Shown piece by piece: positions 39,250 through 53,072 of a DNA stretch of 64,000 nucleotides. The translations under genes and the position numbers were made by a program. Location: contig JALMLS010000573.1 in NCBI GenBank assembly GCA_038496445.1, forward strand, positions 62,001 to 126,000, read 5' to 3'. The stretch is from Trichosphaerium sp. ATCC 40318. Taxonomy: Eukaryota; Protista; Tubulinea. Position 1 is the stretch's first letter. Every line of letters starts with the position of its first letter. Under the pieces are notes generated by a model that saw only the letters and a program-made list of their open reading frames with translations, was not told the DNA's origin and did no database searches.

Positions 39250-39439
39250 AGGTAAGTTAGACAATGTTTGATGGTTTAATAATCAAAAGTATAGAAAAGG
39301 AAATATTTTTGTGAGCTTTAAATGTCTCTAGAGAGGTTTTACTTCGCCTTGATATGTAAATAAACAATTTGTACCAAGAAGCATGCTTTACGTGGCCTCG
39401 ATTTTCGCTTAACGATCAGTATGTTATAATAATACTGCA

Positions 39440-42156
39440 TAAAGGATTGAATTAAGGATATTCGGCGACTACAAGAAGTTGTAGATTGAAAGGTACGTGA
39501 TTAGAGTTTTTTTCTTGACTTTGTATGACATTTTCTTTTTTGATTTATGCTAGCGATAGGACGAATATCACCACAAGAGTCTTTTTTTTTTAAATTACAA
39601 CGTACGTACTCTAAAATATATACAGTGGCGTTTTATATCGATATTTATGTTTATTATTAAGCGTATATTTCATTCATGGCATCACAAAAACACGTATCAT
39701 CAAGGCACGTTTTATATAAATATATTTCTTATATATCTCAGTGGACTACAAAACAAACAAAAAAGAAAAAAAAAAAAAAAACCAAAAAAATCGCTCTACT
39801 CGTTTGCTGTCTTATTTTATTTTTTTTTAATTCATATATTTATATATTATTTAGGGTAGAGAAGGTTATTAGAGATACAGGAGAAGATATTAGCATCTTT
39901 GATTTTTTTCATAAATGTATGGCAAAACGTGTTTCTAATTCTCTCGATACTCTATCAAGGTAAATAAAAACCCTTTTTATTATTTTATATTATATCTTCT
40001 CACTGTTATTATTCGTAGAGAACGTGTTTTAAGGTCTACTTGGTATCGCGTAAATAATAAAGGGTTTTATACTACTTGGAAGGTACGCGTACCTGTTGGT
40101 TTTTTTGAAAGATATTTTAGCCACTTTATAAAAAAAAAAGGGTAAAGTAAAGAGCCTGTGTGAGATATCTTTTTCTTTTCTTTTTTTTTTTCGAATGTTT
40201 TTTTCTTTTTTCCTTTTTGCTTGTTTCTTTCTTACGCTAGGCTTCATTACCATTTCTTGTGGTTAATTATTCGCTTAGGAGCGCCAGATAATAGGTATAC
40301 CAAATGATATCGCAAAAGTACGACATGTAGTGCTACAGGTCCTAAAGGATAAAGAATATGCGAGGGGTATGTTATTTCTGTCTTTGCAAGTCTGTTTGCG
40401 ATCGTCTCTTTGAAAAAAAGTGCACGATTTAATCACGTTTATTGTTTAATTCTCCCCTGAACCTTATTTCATGCGCGGAGGGTTTTCTAAATGGTTTGTG
40501 ATAGGTGCTTGGGCCGAAAAGCAAATTACCGCAAAATTTATCTCAAAACTCGACGAGGAGGATATACCTGGTAGTGTGGATCGATTCGCATCAAGCTTAA
40601 TGATTTTTATCTCGCGAGTAAGCGTTGGCGACATTGTAGTTACAAGGTACTTAACTGAACTGATCAAAAATGCTTTGACTTAACCAAACTTTTTTTAGAG
40701 AACCATGCACACAGCGTGCTAGAGGGGCGTTCCTTGTTGGTCAAGTTACATCTAAACCTTATATCATGCCTATGGGCGGTAAATCAGGTACGTTATATGA
40801 GCTCAAAAGGCATCAGAATCTTAACAACTTCTTATTTCGGGGTGAATTAGCTATGCAGTTTATTAGTTTTCTAACGCTCTTAGGTGGTCACTTTCTTGTT
40901 AGAAACGTAGAGTGGGTGTATCAAGGCAATGTAGGAAACATATCACTTTTAAACGGTACGCAAAAAAAAAATCACGTGATTTTCATTAAACGCTCACGTT
41001 TTTTTTTAAGGTCATAAACGTGGTGGACTATTTAAAATAGGTGGTGGGTATCTTATAGGAGAATTAGGGAAGAGAAGTGAGTGAAGTCAGTTGAAGAAAT
41101 ATACTAATCTTGTTTAGTTACAAAGTCTATAATATACGATAATTCTCATTCGATTGATATGGGTCATGGTACAGATGATGATGTATCAACGTCAGAGAGT
41201 GCTGAAGACAGTGTAAGTCATAAACAATCCATTTTTTTTTGTTTTTTGCTTGCATCACGTTAACTTGTTTTTAAGGCGTTCTCACGTAGCGAAAGTGAGC
41301 CAAACGGTGATTCGAATCAATTTTCGTTGATTGCGGATTGGCTGACTGAAGAACAAGAAGAACAAGTTGTTGATAACGAATCATCAAACGAAGAAGGGTT
41401 TCTATCGCCAGTATCACAGGATTGGAGTGATATTGATGGAATGTATGAAGACGATGATGCAGTTTTATCTGATTCTCTTAAAGCAATTGAAGAAAATAGT
41501 AAGGAGAGTGTACATACGAGTACTGAAGGTACGTTGAGTCATTGTTGCATAGTAGTGGAAAAGAAGCTAAAAATCTCGTTGGACCTTTTTTTTTTGCCTT
41601 TTGAAACCTCTTACAGTTGTTAATAGCTAAACCTGTTGAAGATATTCCAGAATTCCAAAAGAGTAGAAAACAGGATTCGTGTTCAGAGTCAATATCTCCA
41701 AGTCAATTTCCTTTAAAGAAGAGAAAACTTCAAGTTGATCAAGAAGGTATGGACTCCTCTCTAAGCGATCAAGAGCCTTCTCCAAAGAAACAAAAGGTTG
41801 GACATGAACCTGTAAAAGCAATTGAGTCTAAACAAGACAAGATTTTCCAAAACACACCTGAACAGAACACAAGTACGCGCTGACAAGAGTTTTTTATTTT
41901 CTTTTTTTTTTCATTTTTTGCATTTTGACTACGCGTTACCTTGTTTTCTTACATTTTTTTTTTTCGCGTAGTAGCACCCTCAGAAGATCCTTTATCATCT
42001 CAAGATGTTATAGCCACAATTGGCAACCCTGAAAAAAATCATGATGATGATAGTAGTTCTAATGTACATGTTTATTTTATCCCTTTTCAATGCTTGCCTA
42101 TTAAAAAACGGCGGTTGAGTTACTTTGAAAATAATAATAAAAGCACTTACACGTAG
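39440..42156 (+). CDS. Protein with Mrr/McrB-N-terminal-like PUA/EVE-type domain and a long acidic, NLS-bearing tail
   Basis: WYRVNNKGFYTTWKERQIIGI..FISRVSVGDIVVT..FLVGQVTSKPY..HFLVRNVEWV; PLKKRK and PSPKKQK in the tail; ends uncertain. Confidence 0.5.
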
Positions 42157-42298
42157 AACGTAACGTCATGTCACACAAAACTTCAGTTTTGAGACGAAAG
42201 TCGAAGAAAAAAAAAAAAAAAGTCAAAAACACTTGAATCTCGCAGTTTTGTTCATTTATACTGCCTGTGACTCACAGCAGGTAGCCTTAAACAAGTCA

Positions 42299-44800
42299 AT
42301 GCTCTTACACGCTTTATTGGCTAGCGTAGTCATTACGTTCATTGGAACAAACTGCCAACAGTTTATTGATGGTGATTGCGTTGCTTATATTCACAATTTA
42401 ACTGGTATACCACATCGGTACGCGTTACCAATTTAAAGCTGTACTCAAATAAAAACAGATGTGATGCCATTATTGAGCAAGGAGAGCTTGTGTTTTTGCA
42501 TACGAACGAATCTCAGGCGGATAGGCAACAGTTACGGGATTGTACCACCAAGTGAGCTAAAATACTCTTTGTTAGAGACTTAGAGATGGAGCTGTCTGGG
42601 ATAGACCTATTGGACGTTGTTGGAGGCTCTCAATGCAAACAAACATCAGTATCGTTTGGGTGTCAGTCAATGTTTCAAAAGTGCAATGCATCACTTCCAG
42701 GAGGCGTTACAATACCATGTATCACGTTGTGTGAACGTATAGCTATTGATTGTGAACCATTTCTATCCTTTGGCACGTTACGTCCTCCTGACTGCACGAA
42801 TACTACAATAGCATCTACTGAATGTAATGAAACAGTTTCTTCAGGTAAATAGCCTTACTGAGGGTGAGATTCTGATGAAATAATTTAGATGTCGAGAACG
42901 AACTGACGTGTTTTCCGCCTCACCTTCTACCTGATACGAAGACTACTGCTGTTGGCCTAAGTATGACTTGAAATACTCATTGACTTAATAAGTAACATTA
43001 TTATTAGATGAAGCTCCATGTTTTAAGTGTCCAGCACCTGTATACTCAGGTAAGCAATCGAGCTCCCACTTCATATATTTCTCGTTTTTTTCTGACATAT
43101 TTATTACTTCCTAGACAAGTCGTATGATATTCTATTTGGGTTCAGCGCCGCACTTGGGTTCATTGGTCTTGTTTTAATGCTTGTGGCGTTTTTTGTGTTT
43201 TTATCAGCAAAGGAGTACGTCCGCTTCTAATCGAGTAATTTTCTTATTATTTTATCAGTTCTTTGGATTTTCAAAATCAATTCTTTCTAATCATCTCTGC
43301 GGACTCGTTTATTTCTGGACTTTGTATGTTTATTTGTGGTGTTGCACCAAAGTTCATATTGTGTGAAAATGATGCCCGCATGGCACATACTTGGCATGTG
43401 CCGTGTACTATACAAGGTCGAAGAAACTTTCCTTCATTAAGTACCTTATTAAGTATTAGGAACTGTTTTCTACTTCTCTGGTGTTCAAATAGTACTCACA
43501 TGGGGAGTGATGGCGTTCAATTTGGCTTATATTACGAATAGAGGAATAAAATTCATCGCTGGAAAGTACCCATTGTGGTATAAAATTGTACTTACACTTT
43601 TTGTTGTGATACAATTCTTACTATATTTGTAGGTCATCTCTTGTATAATATGGGGACTACCAAGCGTTATGTCGTTTATTTTATTGGTTTCAGGATTGAT
43701 TGAAAGCGTTCCAGCTTTAACACTTTGCTTCAGTACGTCATAAACTTTAGAATGTTTATAATTATCCCATTTTTTTCTTATTATTTTCAAGTATCTGTAA
43801 GATACGAGTGGGCTCAATGGATGTTCTTTTTCGGTTTCCCAGTTATACCCGCTACATTAGTAGGTTTTATTAGTTTCTCATACGTGATATATAATCTATA
43901 CCAAGTACGTGAGGTCAGCACCATTTTTCTTTAAACTTACCATCGTAAAAAAAAAAGGGACCTGCTTCCAGCACTTCAAAAAAGAAAGAGCAAGCACGTA
44001 ACCTTGTTTTTGCGTTTATCATTACATACTTTGCGATGGTGTTGTACATATTCTCGTACGTTTGCTCTCTACAAGTCATAGTCCTCGTGTTTTAATTTCG
44101 TCTTCTCCTTTTAGGTTCCGATTTTATGCAGATTATCGAGTTGATAGTATTTCTTTTCCTGACCTGTTACAGTGTATAGTACTTAATGGAGGAATTGAAA
44201 ATTGTGAAGTAGAAGTTATAAAATTACCTGCAGTGATATTATTCATATTCTTCATAGGATGCACGTGCACACAATTGTTATACTTTACATTTTTTAACAT
44301 TGTTTTTTTTCCTGCCTTTTTTTTTTTTTTGGCGTTGGTTTCATTATGAAGCTGACTACTATGTTTCAATTTAGTTTTTTATGTATGTTTGGTTGTTCTT
44401 ATTTGGTTGTTAGGTAATGGGTCTCTCTTCTTTATAGCGTTTATGTTCTCAAGGTATCACAACTTTTAAACAATCACGTGTTCTCTGTATTAAGTACTAA
44501 TTGTTTTCTTTACAGAAAGTTCAGGAAGCTTGCTTTCAATGCTATCAACCCGCTGTTAAAAATGTCCAAAACGAGTAGTTCAGCAGCTAGTATAGATACA
44601 AACTCTAAACCAGAGTGACACTTTTTTTTTTGTGTCTTAACAAATACTTGTAGTTTTAGTTCAGAGGTAAGCTACGTTTCTTCTTAATAGCGTTTTGACA
44701 ATGCTGAACAAACCTTGAATGCCATAATATTATTAACATTACATAGACAGTATTCCAGACCTCGCATTGGAAAGAACAACATATCTTTTACCTTGTCCCC
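42299..44800 (+). CDS. Frizzled/Smoothened-like 7TM receptor with Cys-rich domain
   Basis: Signal peptide; CKQTSVSFGCQSMFQKC..IPCITLCERIAIDC CRD; CFKCPAP; ILCEND..CTIQG; multiple TM exons; 3' end approximate. Confidence 0.8.
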
Positions 44801-45499
44801 TTACACCATCTGTAGCGTATTTCCATCACCAAATATGTGGAGATTTCGGGTTTCTAATTGTGGTAGCGCGAACAGAAAACCTAGCAGGTATTGGACAGTG
44901 ATAACGTAGTACCATATAGACAAGGTATTTAACGTGGACAGTGTTTGGCCTAAATTGGAACAACCAAGTTGCCAGCCAGAACGTAGAACCCCAAAACAAG
45001 CTTGTTTGAGAACAGGAGATGGGTTAGCGCAACAGCAGTGGTGGGCGAGGTCGTCAAGGGTTACTAGACAGAGATATATGTATACGAGGTGCACAGAGAG
45101 TCAGAGGAATCAGACAGCTGGTCAAGAAACTTCTTTTTTTGAATTCATGAATAAAGTCAGTTTTCTTCTCTGACACTGATTAGCACTTTGTCCCTTTTTT
45201 AACCACAGCACTTTCCAAAAGCTACCACAGATAGATTAAGCGCTAGTTTAACATATCTACCGAGGTGTGAGTAAAATAACTATGATTTAAGAAGCGTACA
45301 ACGGAGTATAATCAAGAAATTTTACAATTCCGGCGTTTAGCCAGTTTTGGTCTTTGTTACGCTCGTAAACTGTTTAAAAGCGTTTACGAAGTACACTGAA
45401 GGGCTAAAATCCAGTTAACACTCAAAACAATCTTTTATGGAAGGTGTATTCGGGAATTTATAGCAAAACTCACAAACTCAAACAACAACAACACGTGGG

Positions 45500-46900
45500 T
45501 AATGCAAATCTACGTACACTATTGCTTATCGCAGTATGCGTATTATTTGCAGCATGTTAATTTCTTAAACAACCCTTCGCAGACTGTCTATCTGGAATCT
45601 ACCTGTCGGTTGTACGTTGCAAAGTCGACGTATTTTACAGAGAATATTCTTTACAAAATTGACCAAACTTCTTCACAAGCTCTACAAGAACAAACGACCA
45701 AAATGCTGGTGGTCTTTTTAAGGCTGATGGACAATCTATCATCCAAATTCATCCTTTTTCTAAATGTGCAATCTTCTTTACTCTTTTGAAGAGGGGCTCA
45801 AGTCAAATTGTGAGGCGAAAATACACTTTCTTGTTTTAGCCTTCCCTAACGCCAATCTCTACACCGGAGGTAGACCAAGTGCCCGCGGTGGCTCTGGATT
45901 AAGTTTTATCAGAGTTACTGAATGTGTTCGAGAAGTCATTTGTAAGTATGGAGCACCAAAACGCGCTATGATATCAATCTTTTTGGTATAACAGCTCACT
46001 TGTATGGTGTGTTATCCTATCTCTTTGGAGCTCTGAAGCTCATAAATTCTATCCAGACCAGCATACCATGATGATGCGTGCTGCAAGAGAATACTTTGGT
46101 AAAAACAGAAAGGTTGACATGAGATCACTCCTCGAGAATGGTAGAAGTAGACAGCACAAGTTACAGTTCAAAAGGGTAAAGGTGTTATAGATGTCAATCA
46201 ATATACCTGGCTGGCTAAACAGATGTGGCAGTTACTTCCTACAAGCTAAATTGAAGGTAAGAGGCGTCAGAGATGTTACTCAATAAGTTATGTACTTGAG
46301 TAGTCCAAATCAGTTTGTTTTTCTTGAATCTATCTTTGGAGCAAACATATTTCTACACTTTTAAGAAGATTTACAGCTGATTGGATACATCAGTCTTTAT
46401 AGAATATCTAGATTTAAATGTTTCATTTGTCAAGTAAGTTTGGGTACATCGATACAAGATGCTTTACTGATGGCGTATCCTTTTTATCTTTAATAAACTC
46501 TTGAAGTATTTAGGGTCTTGAGATATGAACCATGAATTGAGAAGGGTAATAATCGTATAGTCACATGTTAGCAATCCGTATTCAAGCCACTCATTTATCG
46601 TTTCAATGCTAAGACCATCAATTGGTCGATTAAACACATAAAAGATAATAAGAGATTGCAAAGAGTCAACACAATACTTATCAGCTTGAACTTGAAGGTT
46701 AGGAGGTATGCAATCAAGGTAAGCGGTTAAGAGGTGGCTTGTTGAATAATTACAGTCTGCTGGTCTGTTTGCTCTCACTCGGCTGATATGTTGTGAGCGA
46801 TAAGAAAATGTACGTTTGCAGAACAAACTGAATTGGATACGCCTTTTTTTGTTATCTCGCAATTTTGAGTTACATGCCTCTTGTAATCCTTATAGACAAA
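45500..46900 (-). pseudogene. Degenerate BTB/BACK-like gene remnant
   Basis: LQVQADKYCVDSLQSLIIFYV resembles the BTB C-terminal helix; downstream frames broken. Confidence 0.35.
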
Positions 46901-47587
46901 TTCGGGCGTCTAAATGACACTAAAAGTGTTGATTTACCTATTCCTCAGTAAGACAATAGCAGTTATCAAAATACGCTAACATTACCACTCATGGATGTCC
47001 CTACGATATAATTAGTGAAATGAAAGTGTCATATAACCTACCTAAAACAAGTAATTATCGGAATCGTTGATTGTTGCCATTATTATTAGCTTGTTGTTAG
47101 TAGATAACAAGTTTTGTTTTTCTCATACTACCTAAATGAGATTAAAACCATAAGCTTGTACTTGTAGTAGACTTGTACTTTTTCGTCGCTCATTTACTTA
47201 TTTACGCAGTAAATACTTATAGCATGTTATTCCTTTAAGTCAGACGGCTGAAAAATAAGTTCTAAACCATTTTTTTTACAGAGGTTTTACCTATGTATCT
47301 AAAGCAAACTAATCAAAGCCATATAGAGAATGTAAAAAAAAGCATGTGGTGCCATGGTACAACACCAGCAAAATGAATGAATATCCAACAACACTGGTAT
47401 TCAGAAAGCACTACTGGTGATTATCAGCTTGTTTTTCTTTGTTTTTTCTGGTTTATACAATGGGTTTTTGTAGTTATAGATAGCATGGGTATGTGGTTGG
47501 TGGTTTGTTTTGTGTTAATAGTCGTTGCAGAGCCTTGCTTACCCTGCTGCAGCGGATTATTCGGTACCTCTTCCTATACCATCGCAT

Positions 47588-47669
47588 GACACGATGTCCG
47601 AGTGGTTAAGGAGATAGACTAGAAATCTATTGGGCTTTGCCCGCGCAGGTTCAAATCCTGCTCGTGTCG
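47588..47669 (+). tRNA. tRNA-Ser(AGA)
   Basis: Same as 34754-34835 except one variable-loop base. Confidence 0.95.
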
Positions 47670-47774
47670 AATAACCTTTTGCTATCGCGTGTTCTATGTT
47701 GTTAGAACACGCTTCAGTAAAACGCTTGTGCTCAAAGCCTAGGTTTACTTTCTCACTGAGTAAAAGTCTTCGTT

Positions 47775-47900
47775 TTGACGCCAAAAATTGAAAAAAAAGT
47801 CAAAAATCAGCCCTACCGCATCGATTTTGACGCTGATTCTTTGCACACCAATGCAACATGTGTAAGTGCATACACCACTACAATAAAATAATTCTCCGCT
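47775..47900. repeat. Inverted partial copy of the 17574/17870 repeat unit
   Basis: Reverse complement reads agcggagaattattttattg..atgcacttacacatgttgcattggtgtgcaaagaatcagcgtcaaaatcgat. Confidence 0.75.
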
Positions 47901-47949
47901 TGTTGTTCAACTTCTACTGGCACTCATACATGATATTTTAGTACAAATA

Positions 47950-48720
47950 AAAAAGACAGAAATAGATTTTGAAGCTCAGTAATGAGAGGAGAAAGTGACT
48001 TGCAGATTAATTGATCTGTTAGAAGCGAATGTATCTTGATGGGAGTTTGTGTCATTGCGCAAGTTAATCTCAGAACATTCTTTGTACAAAATAATCATTC
48101 ACTTGTTGCAAGACCTATCCTTTAAGTACAGTGCATTGGTACTTACTATTGGCATCCACAAGATGTAAGGCATGTCGCTTGGTATGTTACATAGATTCAT
48201 CGCTCTATAGTCATATAGTAAATAGCGTCTCTACATCTTTCGCATGTTGAAAACAGTCAGTGCAACTCTGATGTAAGCTCTTTGGCAGGCACCCATGTAT
48301 GTCCGTCTCAGAATGAGCCGTAGCAACGTAGACAAAGTAAAAGTAAACATACACCAGATTCCTAGCTGGTTTGATAATACCATGAACGTTAGCATAGATG
48401 GCCATCTTTTCAAGAGTGTAGAGCGATGTCTATGTGCAATAAGTAAAATAAAAGGCAAAATGAAAAAGTACGAAAACATAACCATTCACTCCCTATGATG
48501 GAGAGAGAGATAAACAAGTGAATGCATGTTTGGCTTTAGAGACCGACCAATCCGGACATTCTACCCCCTTTTGTAAGAAGAAAGGAGATGAGGAGCAAAG
48601 TGGTGGCAGGCTAATCGATTCGACGGGTAATGCACAACGAGTTTGTACACGACAAGAAAGGAGGAATCGATGTACATTCCATTCTTTTCCTTTATGCCGT
48701 AAAAAAAATGTTAAAGAAAA
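47950..48720 (-). pseudogene. BTB-domain gene remnant, 5' end next to a TIR element
   Basis: KGKEWNVHRFLLSCR (BTB VH motif) and AIYANVHGIIKPARNL; frames broken. Confidence 0.45.
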
Positions 48721-48727
48721 AGTCATA

Positions 48728-50419
48728 GGAATTGACTCAAGTTATCGATAAACTTTTGTATCGATAATTTTTTTTCACCTGCCTGAGATATTGTTTTTCT
48801 GGCTCTTTGGCCGGCTATTATTCTCAAGACCGGCCATCCATTGCACCAATTCCGGCTGATTTACCGGCTGTCAATAAAGACAATCGGTGGCTGAACTTCA
48901 TGACTAGGCGTCATGATGGGTCTTGGTTCTTTAGTACTTTGTTGACGGTGCTGGTGCTATAAAAGTAGGGCACCAATACCAAAAGGTAGCCGCCTAACCC
49001 TCCAGTAGTGTACAATCAACCACCTCCAGTGTAGAATCCTTTTGTATACTTCACATTACACTGCCTGAACTTCACCTCAACAAAGACGTACTGTTTTGGT
49101 GTAGTGCATATAAAGGTGCAATGTGAGGAACATGATAGGAAGCATACCTACAGACAAAGTCTGATTGAAATAGGTTTGCTCTGTATTTCTAAAAAGTATA
49201 TTTATAAACGTTGTAACTACATATTAACTTTGTATTACAGCAAAATATTGCTTTTCGTGTATTACGCCTTCTTTTATTTTTCGAAACACACGGTAGAACA
49301 GTTTGAACCTTCATAAATTGAAAAATTTGTCATGTGGCTCTTTTACCTGCCATGCTTGACAGGCATGTACACTACTACTACCAATTAAATTAGTATTATT
49401 TGTAAAAAACCTATACAGGCTTCAGTACTGCAAGCTCGAAATCACAAGTCACACGTGCTACTTTTGTTTTTGGTACTAGCATAAATTTATAAATTTATAC
49501 TTTGGTAACTTGTTACATTTCATGATGTTATTTTTCCTTGAGATATACCTTGCAAAGTCTGTTAATTGCTGTAGCTGGCCAGAATTCAGAGACATATTTG
49601 AATGTTAATAGAAATTCATTAGCTGTACGCAAAAAGCATTCTGAGGTGAGCAAGCAGTTTCATATGTATAATTCATATAGCAATTGGAAGTTGTAGCTAG
49701 TGGTGAAGTCGTTATCGCTGCAGGTAACAACAACAGTAATGTTGCAACTTTCTTAATTGCGAGGGTTCCTCGTGGTATAACGTGCACATCAATAAAAGAA
49801 GGGTTGTGACGAATTCAACATTTAAAAAGTGATAAATTTATGTGTCCTATCACATTGCTGGATTCAAAAACATATGAAATTTGATCCCAGTTACATGAGC
49901 CATAGCGTGAATCTTGGCCACTGACCATTATACTTGAGCCAACACTGTTTTGAAAGGCATAGTTAGCTATATACAAGCTTGTAAGCTGTACGTACTAGTG
50001 ACGAATGTGGCTAGTATTTTTAGTTGTATTGTAATCTGAATGTATATTACTATTCGCGGGTTGGTTGAACAAAAATCCAGACCTAGAAATGTATTCAGTG
50101 GGTTGTGTAGCGTTTTATTGGAGCCACAGAAGTAGCAAAATCAAAACTAGAGATATTTTCATTTAGTGCAAGCAAAGGCTTAGGCTCCAAAGAAGGACAG
50201 TGCCGTTCATTGCAGAACATGCCTAAGTTGGTATTATCACCGCATTCATTTACCTATTGTTTGTACTACAAGGCCAGCAGAACAACCAACTTCTACGGCG
50301 TTTCTTGATGCCGGCTATTTCACTGGCATCAACCAGCTTCCCCGGCTTTGTGGTTCATGGTCACGTGAAAAAAAAAATATTATCGATACAACAGGTTATC
50401 GATAATCTGAGTCAATTCC
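48728..50419. mobile_element. ~1.7-kb DNA transposon relic with TIRs and CCGGCT subterminal repeats, possibly hAT-derived
   Basis: GGAATTGACTC..TTATCGATAA..TATCGATAAT at the left end mirrors the right end ..GAGTCAATTCC; decayed minus-strand KKVATLLLLLPAA..SECFLRTA; no TSD. Confidence 0.65.
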
Positions 50420-50929
50420 ACAACTTTTAACTTCGGTAATGCTTCTACCTCAATCGTAAGCCCAGTGCATTGAACACTGCAAGCACACGTTCGTTGATCA
50501 CGTGAAAGTTGAAAACTTTATGTTTACAGAATGATAGTTTGTTTTTGTGGTTGCAATCATCTAGCAACTTACTTTATGTTAATAATGCCCTTAGTACGTT
50601 CGAAACGTATTTTTTACAGTATAAATAGCAATAATTAGCTCGTCGTTCATTTGTTCTCGTATGTTAGTTTCCCTTCCAAGGATGAGTCAAAGACTCGTAA
50701 TCACTGTACTGTCAGGAATATGACATTTTGGATGCTAAAGCGAGTGGAGTCAGTCATGACTTCTTACACTCTTAACTTTTTGTGCGTGATCAACACATAG
50801 AGCAAAGCTGCCTCTGCCCGTTGTTAAATGAATGTCAGTTTAGTGACTCCAGTCCATAAGACTCAAAAGGGTCCTTATAAATGTGAGGTTAACTAGAACA
50901 ACCAAGCATCAATAATCAGAACAACTCGA
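50419..50929. repeat. Dispersed repeat A, copy 2 (inverted)
   Basis: Matches 15872-16384; homology stops exactly at the right TIR of the adjacent element. Confidence 0.9.
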
Positions 50930-51167
50930 ATTTAATAAATTATGATAGATTTTAGCTTGGATAAATAGCTTTACTCTTTGTACAAACAGTTTTGTACTTG
51001 TTTGGTTTGAGTCAATTTCATATTTTTCTAAATCTTTGTCTGTAAATGTATAACAACTAAAAACCCAGTTGTCATGGCTAGGCGTTTTTGTAGAACGAAA
51101 AGATAAAGCTGTTCATACTCACGCAATTTGTTTTTTTAAATGTAGCTGAGTTTATTTTTGAATGTTT

Positions 51168-53072
51168 TCAAGCTTCTGTGCGTACAGCAGATGTTGCTAC
51201 GGACTTAATGGTTAATTCTGTCGAGTTTACAGATCCTTTTTTAGCGTTGTTAGGTGGTTGGAATGAATACACCTTAAAGAAGTTATTTATACAACCAAAT
51301 ACGAAAAAAATAGGAACAATGTACTTGTAGGATAGATAACAACATTTGAAGCAAATAAAATACGCCTGTACTCATTGTAGTAGCAATGACAGCCGTGTTT
51401 TTACGGGTAGGTATAGCCAGTATGATAATACTTAAAAGAAGTAAAGACATCAGAACAGTGTTGGCACTCATACGGAAACGTATCTCGAAAGGGAATTAGA
51501 TCTAATGAAAGATAATTTTGCTTTGAAATTCAAAGAAAAAAAAAGGTATGTGGTACTTTTCTCAGCGCTGTTTTCGATGTCTCCTTATCTGTTATTCTGG
51601 ATAACTGCTGGTATATCTGGATTAATACTTAGTTCATACTTATACTAAGGATGTTTGAATCACGTGCTTGATAGAGGATAAACGTGCTGTAAATCAAAGT
51701 TGTCAAGTTAGTGATAAAGTTAAGAACATGAGGCAACAATGTTACAATTGTTGGCGACTCGTTGGTAGATATGCGTGCAATCGATGATCCCACTTCAAAC
51801 AAGACTAACACGGCGAACAGAAAAAAAAATAGAGCTCTAAAGCGTTTTGTATGCAAGAACTTATGTCCAATCAAACCTTTATGAACTAGAGTCTCGTGCC
51901 TAAACATGGTGTTACAGCATAAAGGAGTAATTGATTCTTTGAGGTACCAAAACATTGTTATCATTACGTTTGTTATTGTAGTGAAGGGTGTGCTGATTGT
52001 TAGGAAGAAGGTATCTGCTTGATAGTGGTATAAACGATGAGATCCTAGAATGTTTACAATACTAACTAGTTTCACTATTTTTTTTGTTATTGATAAGTTA
52101 GGAGTGGATCTTGGCGTACAAACGCTTGCAAAAAGCTCGATGGATATAGCCATGACTCCAAGAGATAGTCCACAATATCCTTTAGAATAATATTGGTAGA
52201 ATCTACGGAAGTATAAGACTGTATATGTAGAGTGGTTCAACAGACTATTTCATTTCAGTGTACCTCAATAAACAAAGTGCTATTACACTAACGCAAAGCG
52301 CCATAAGTACAGTCTGGAATAAAGCATGCCAAACACTTGTAAAGTAATCATTACATTTGTTTCCGCCTGAACAAAAATGTGTAAGTATGATGAAAAGAGA
52401 ACTTGAGCAGGCTAAACCTGGAGTAATTTCTATCTCCAAAGTAGTGTTTGAATATAGTTTTGGTGTGTCGTCAGTCTGTATTTCAATTATTGGCGTACTC
52501 AATTGGCGAGAAGCTTGCTCTTTAACAGGCGGGTTGGTAAAGAGATAGTAAATCGACTTTCTTTGAAATTAAATAATAAAAAAATAATACAATCACGTGA
52601 CATGGCGATTGTTTTAATAAAATTCCCAATTGTGCCATTAAAGTATTCACGTGATCTACTATTAAAAGTTTTCTATGGTACCATAGAAAAAATACATAGA
52701 GCATCCTGTACTCATGTATGTGCTTGACCATGCGAGTAATACCGCTTTGTATTGTTTACTAGCTTCTATTATAACACCACTTGTCAACTCTGAGTGAAAT
52801 AAAAGAACTGCGTCTCCTTTATTTGCGTTACAATGTATGGGAAACAATAAGACTGTAAACAGGTGGTTGAGATTAGCCGGAGAAACAGTAGTACCGTTTA
52901 ATCCACTTTTGTATCGCACAAGAGAAAAGTTGTGGGCTGAAACAAATGGTGTTTCGTTTATCCATTCAGATGAAGGTATTGTTGTTCCAATTAAAGGACC
53001 AGAAAGAACGCGTAATGCGCAATACGAAGCGGAAACGAAAAGAAATAGAATAAATGGCGTAATTACGCCCAT
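51168..53072 (-). CDS. Signal peptide + PA-like ectodomain + 7TM protein, paralog 1
   Basis: KAVLLAWS..G..TPIIEIQTDD..LEIEITP PA-like pattern followed by about seven hydrophobic segments; inverted paralog at 58131-59973. Confidence 0.7.

Noticed and set aside
39455-39495. In-frame TGA before a donor (possible readthrough or selenocysteine)
   Set aside because: Another frame (GYSATTRSCRLK) is open and splices in phase to the next exon
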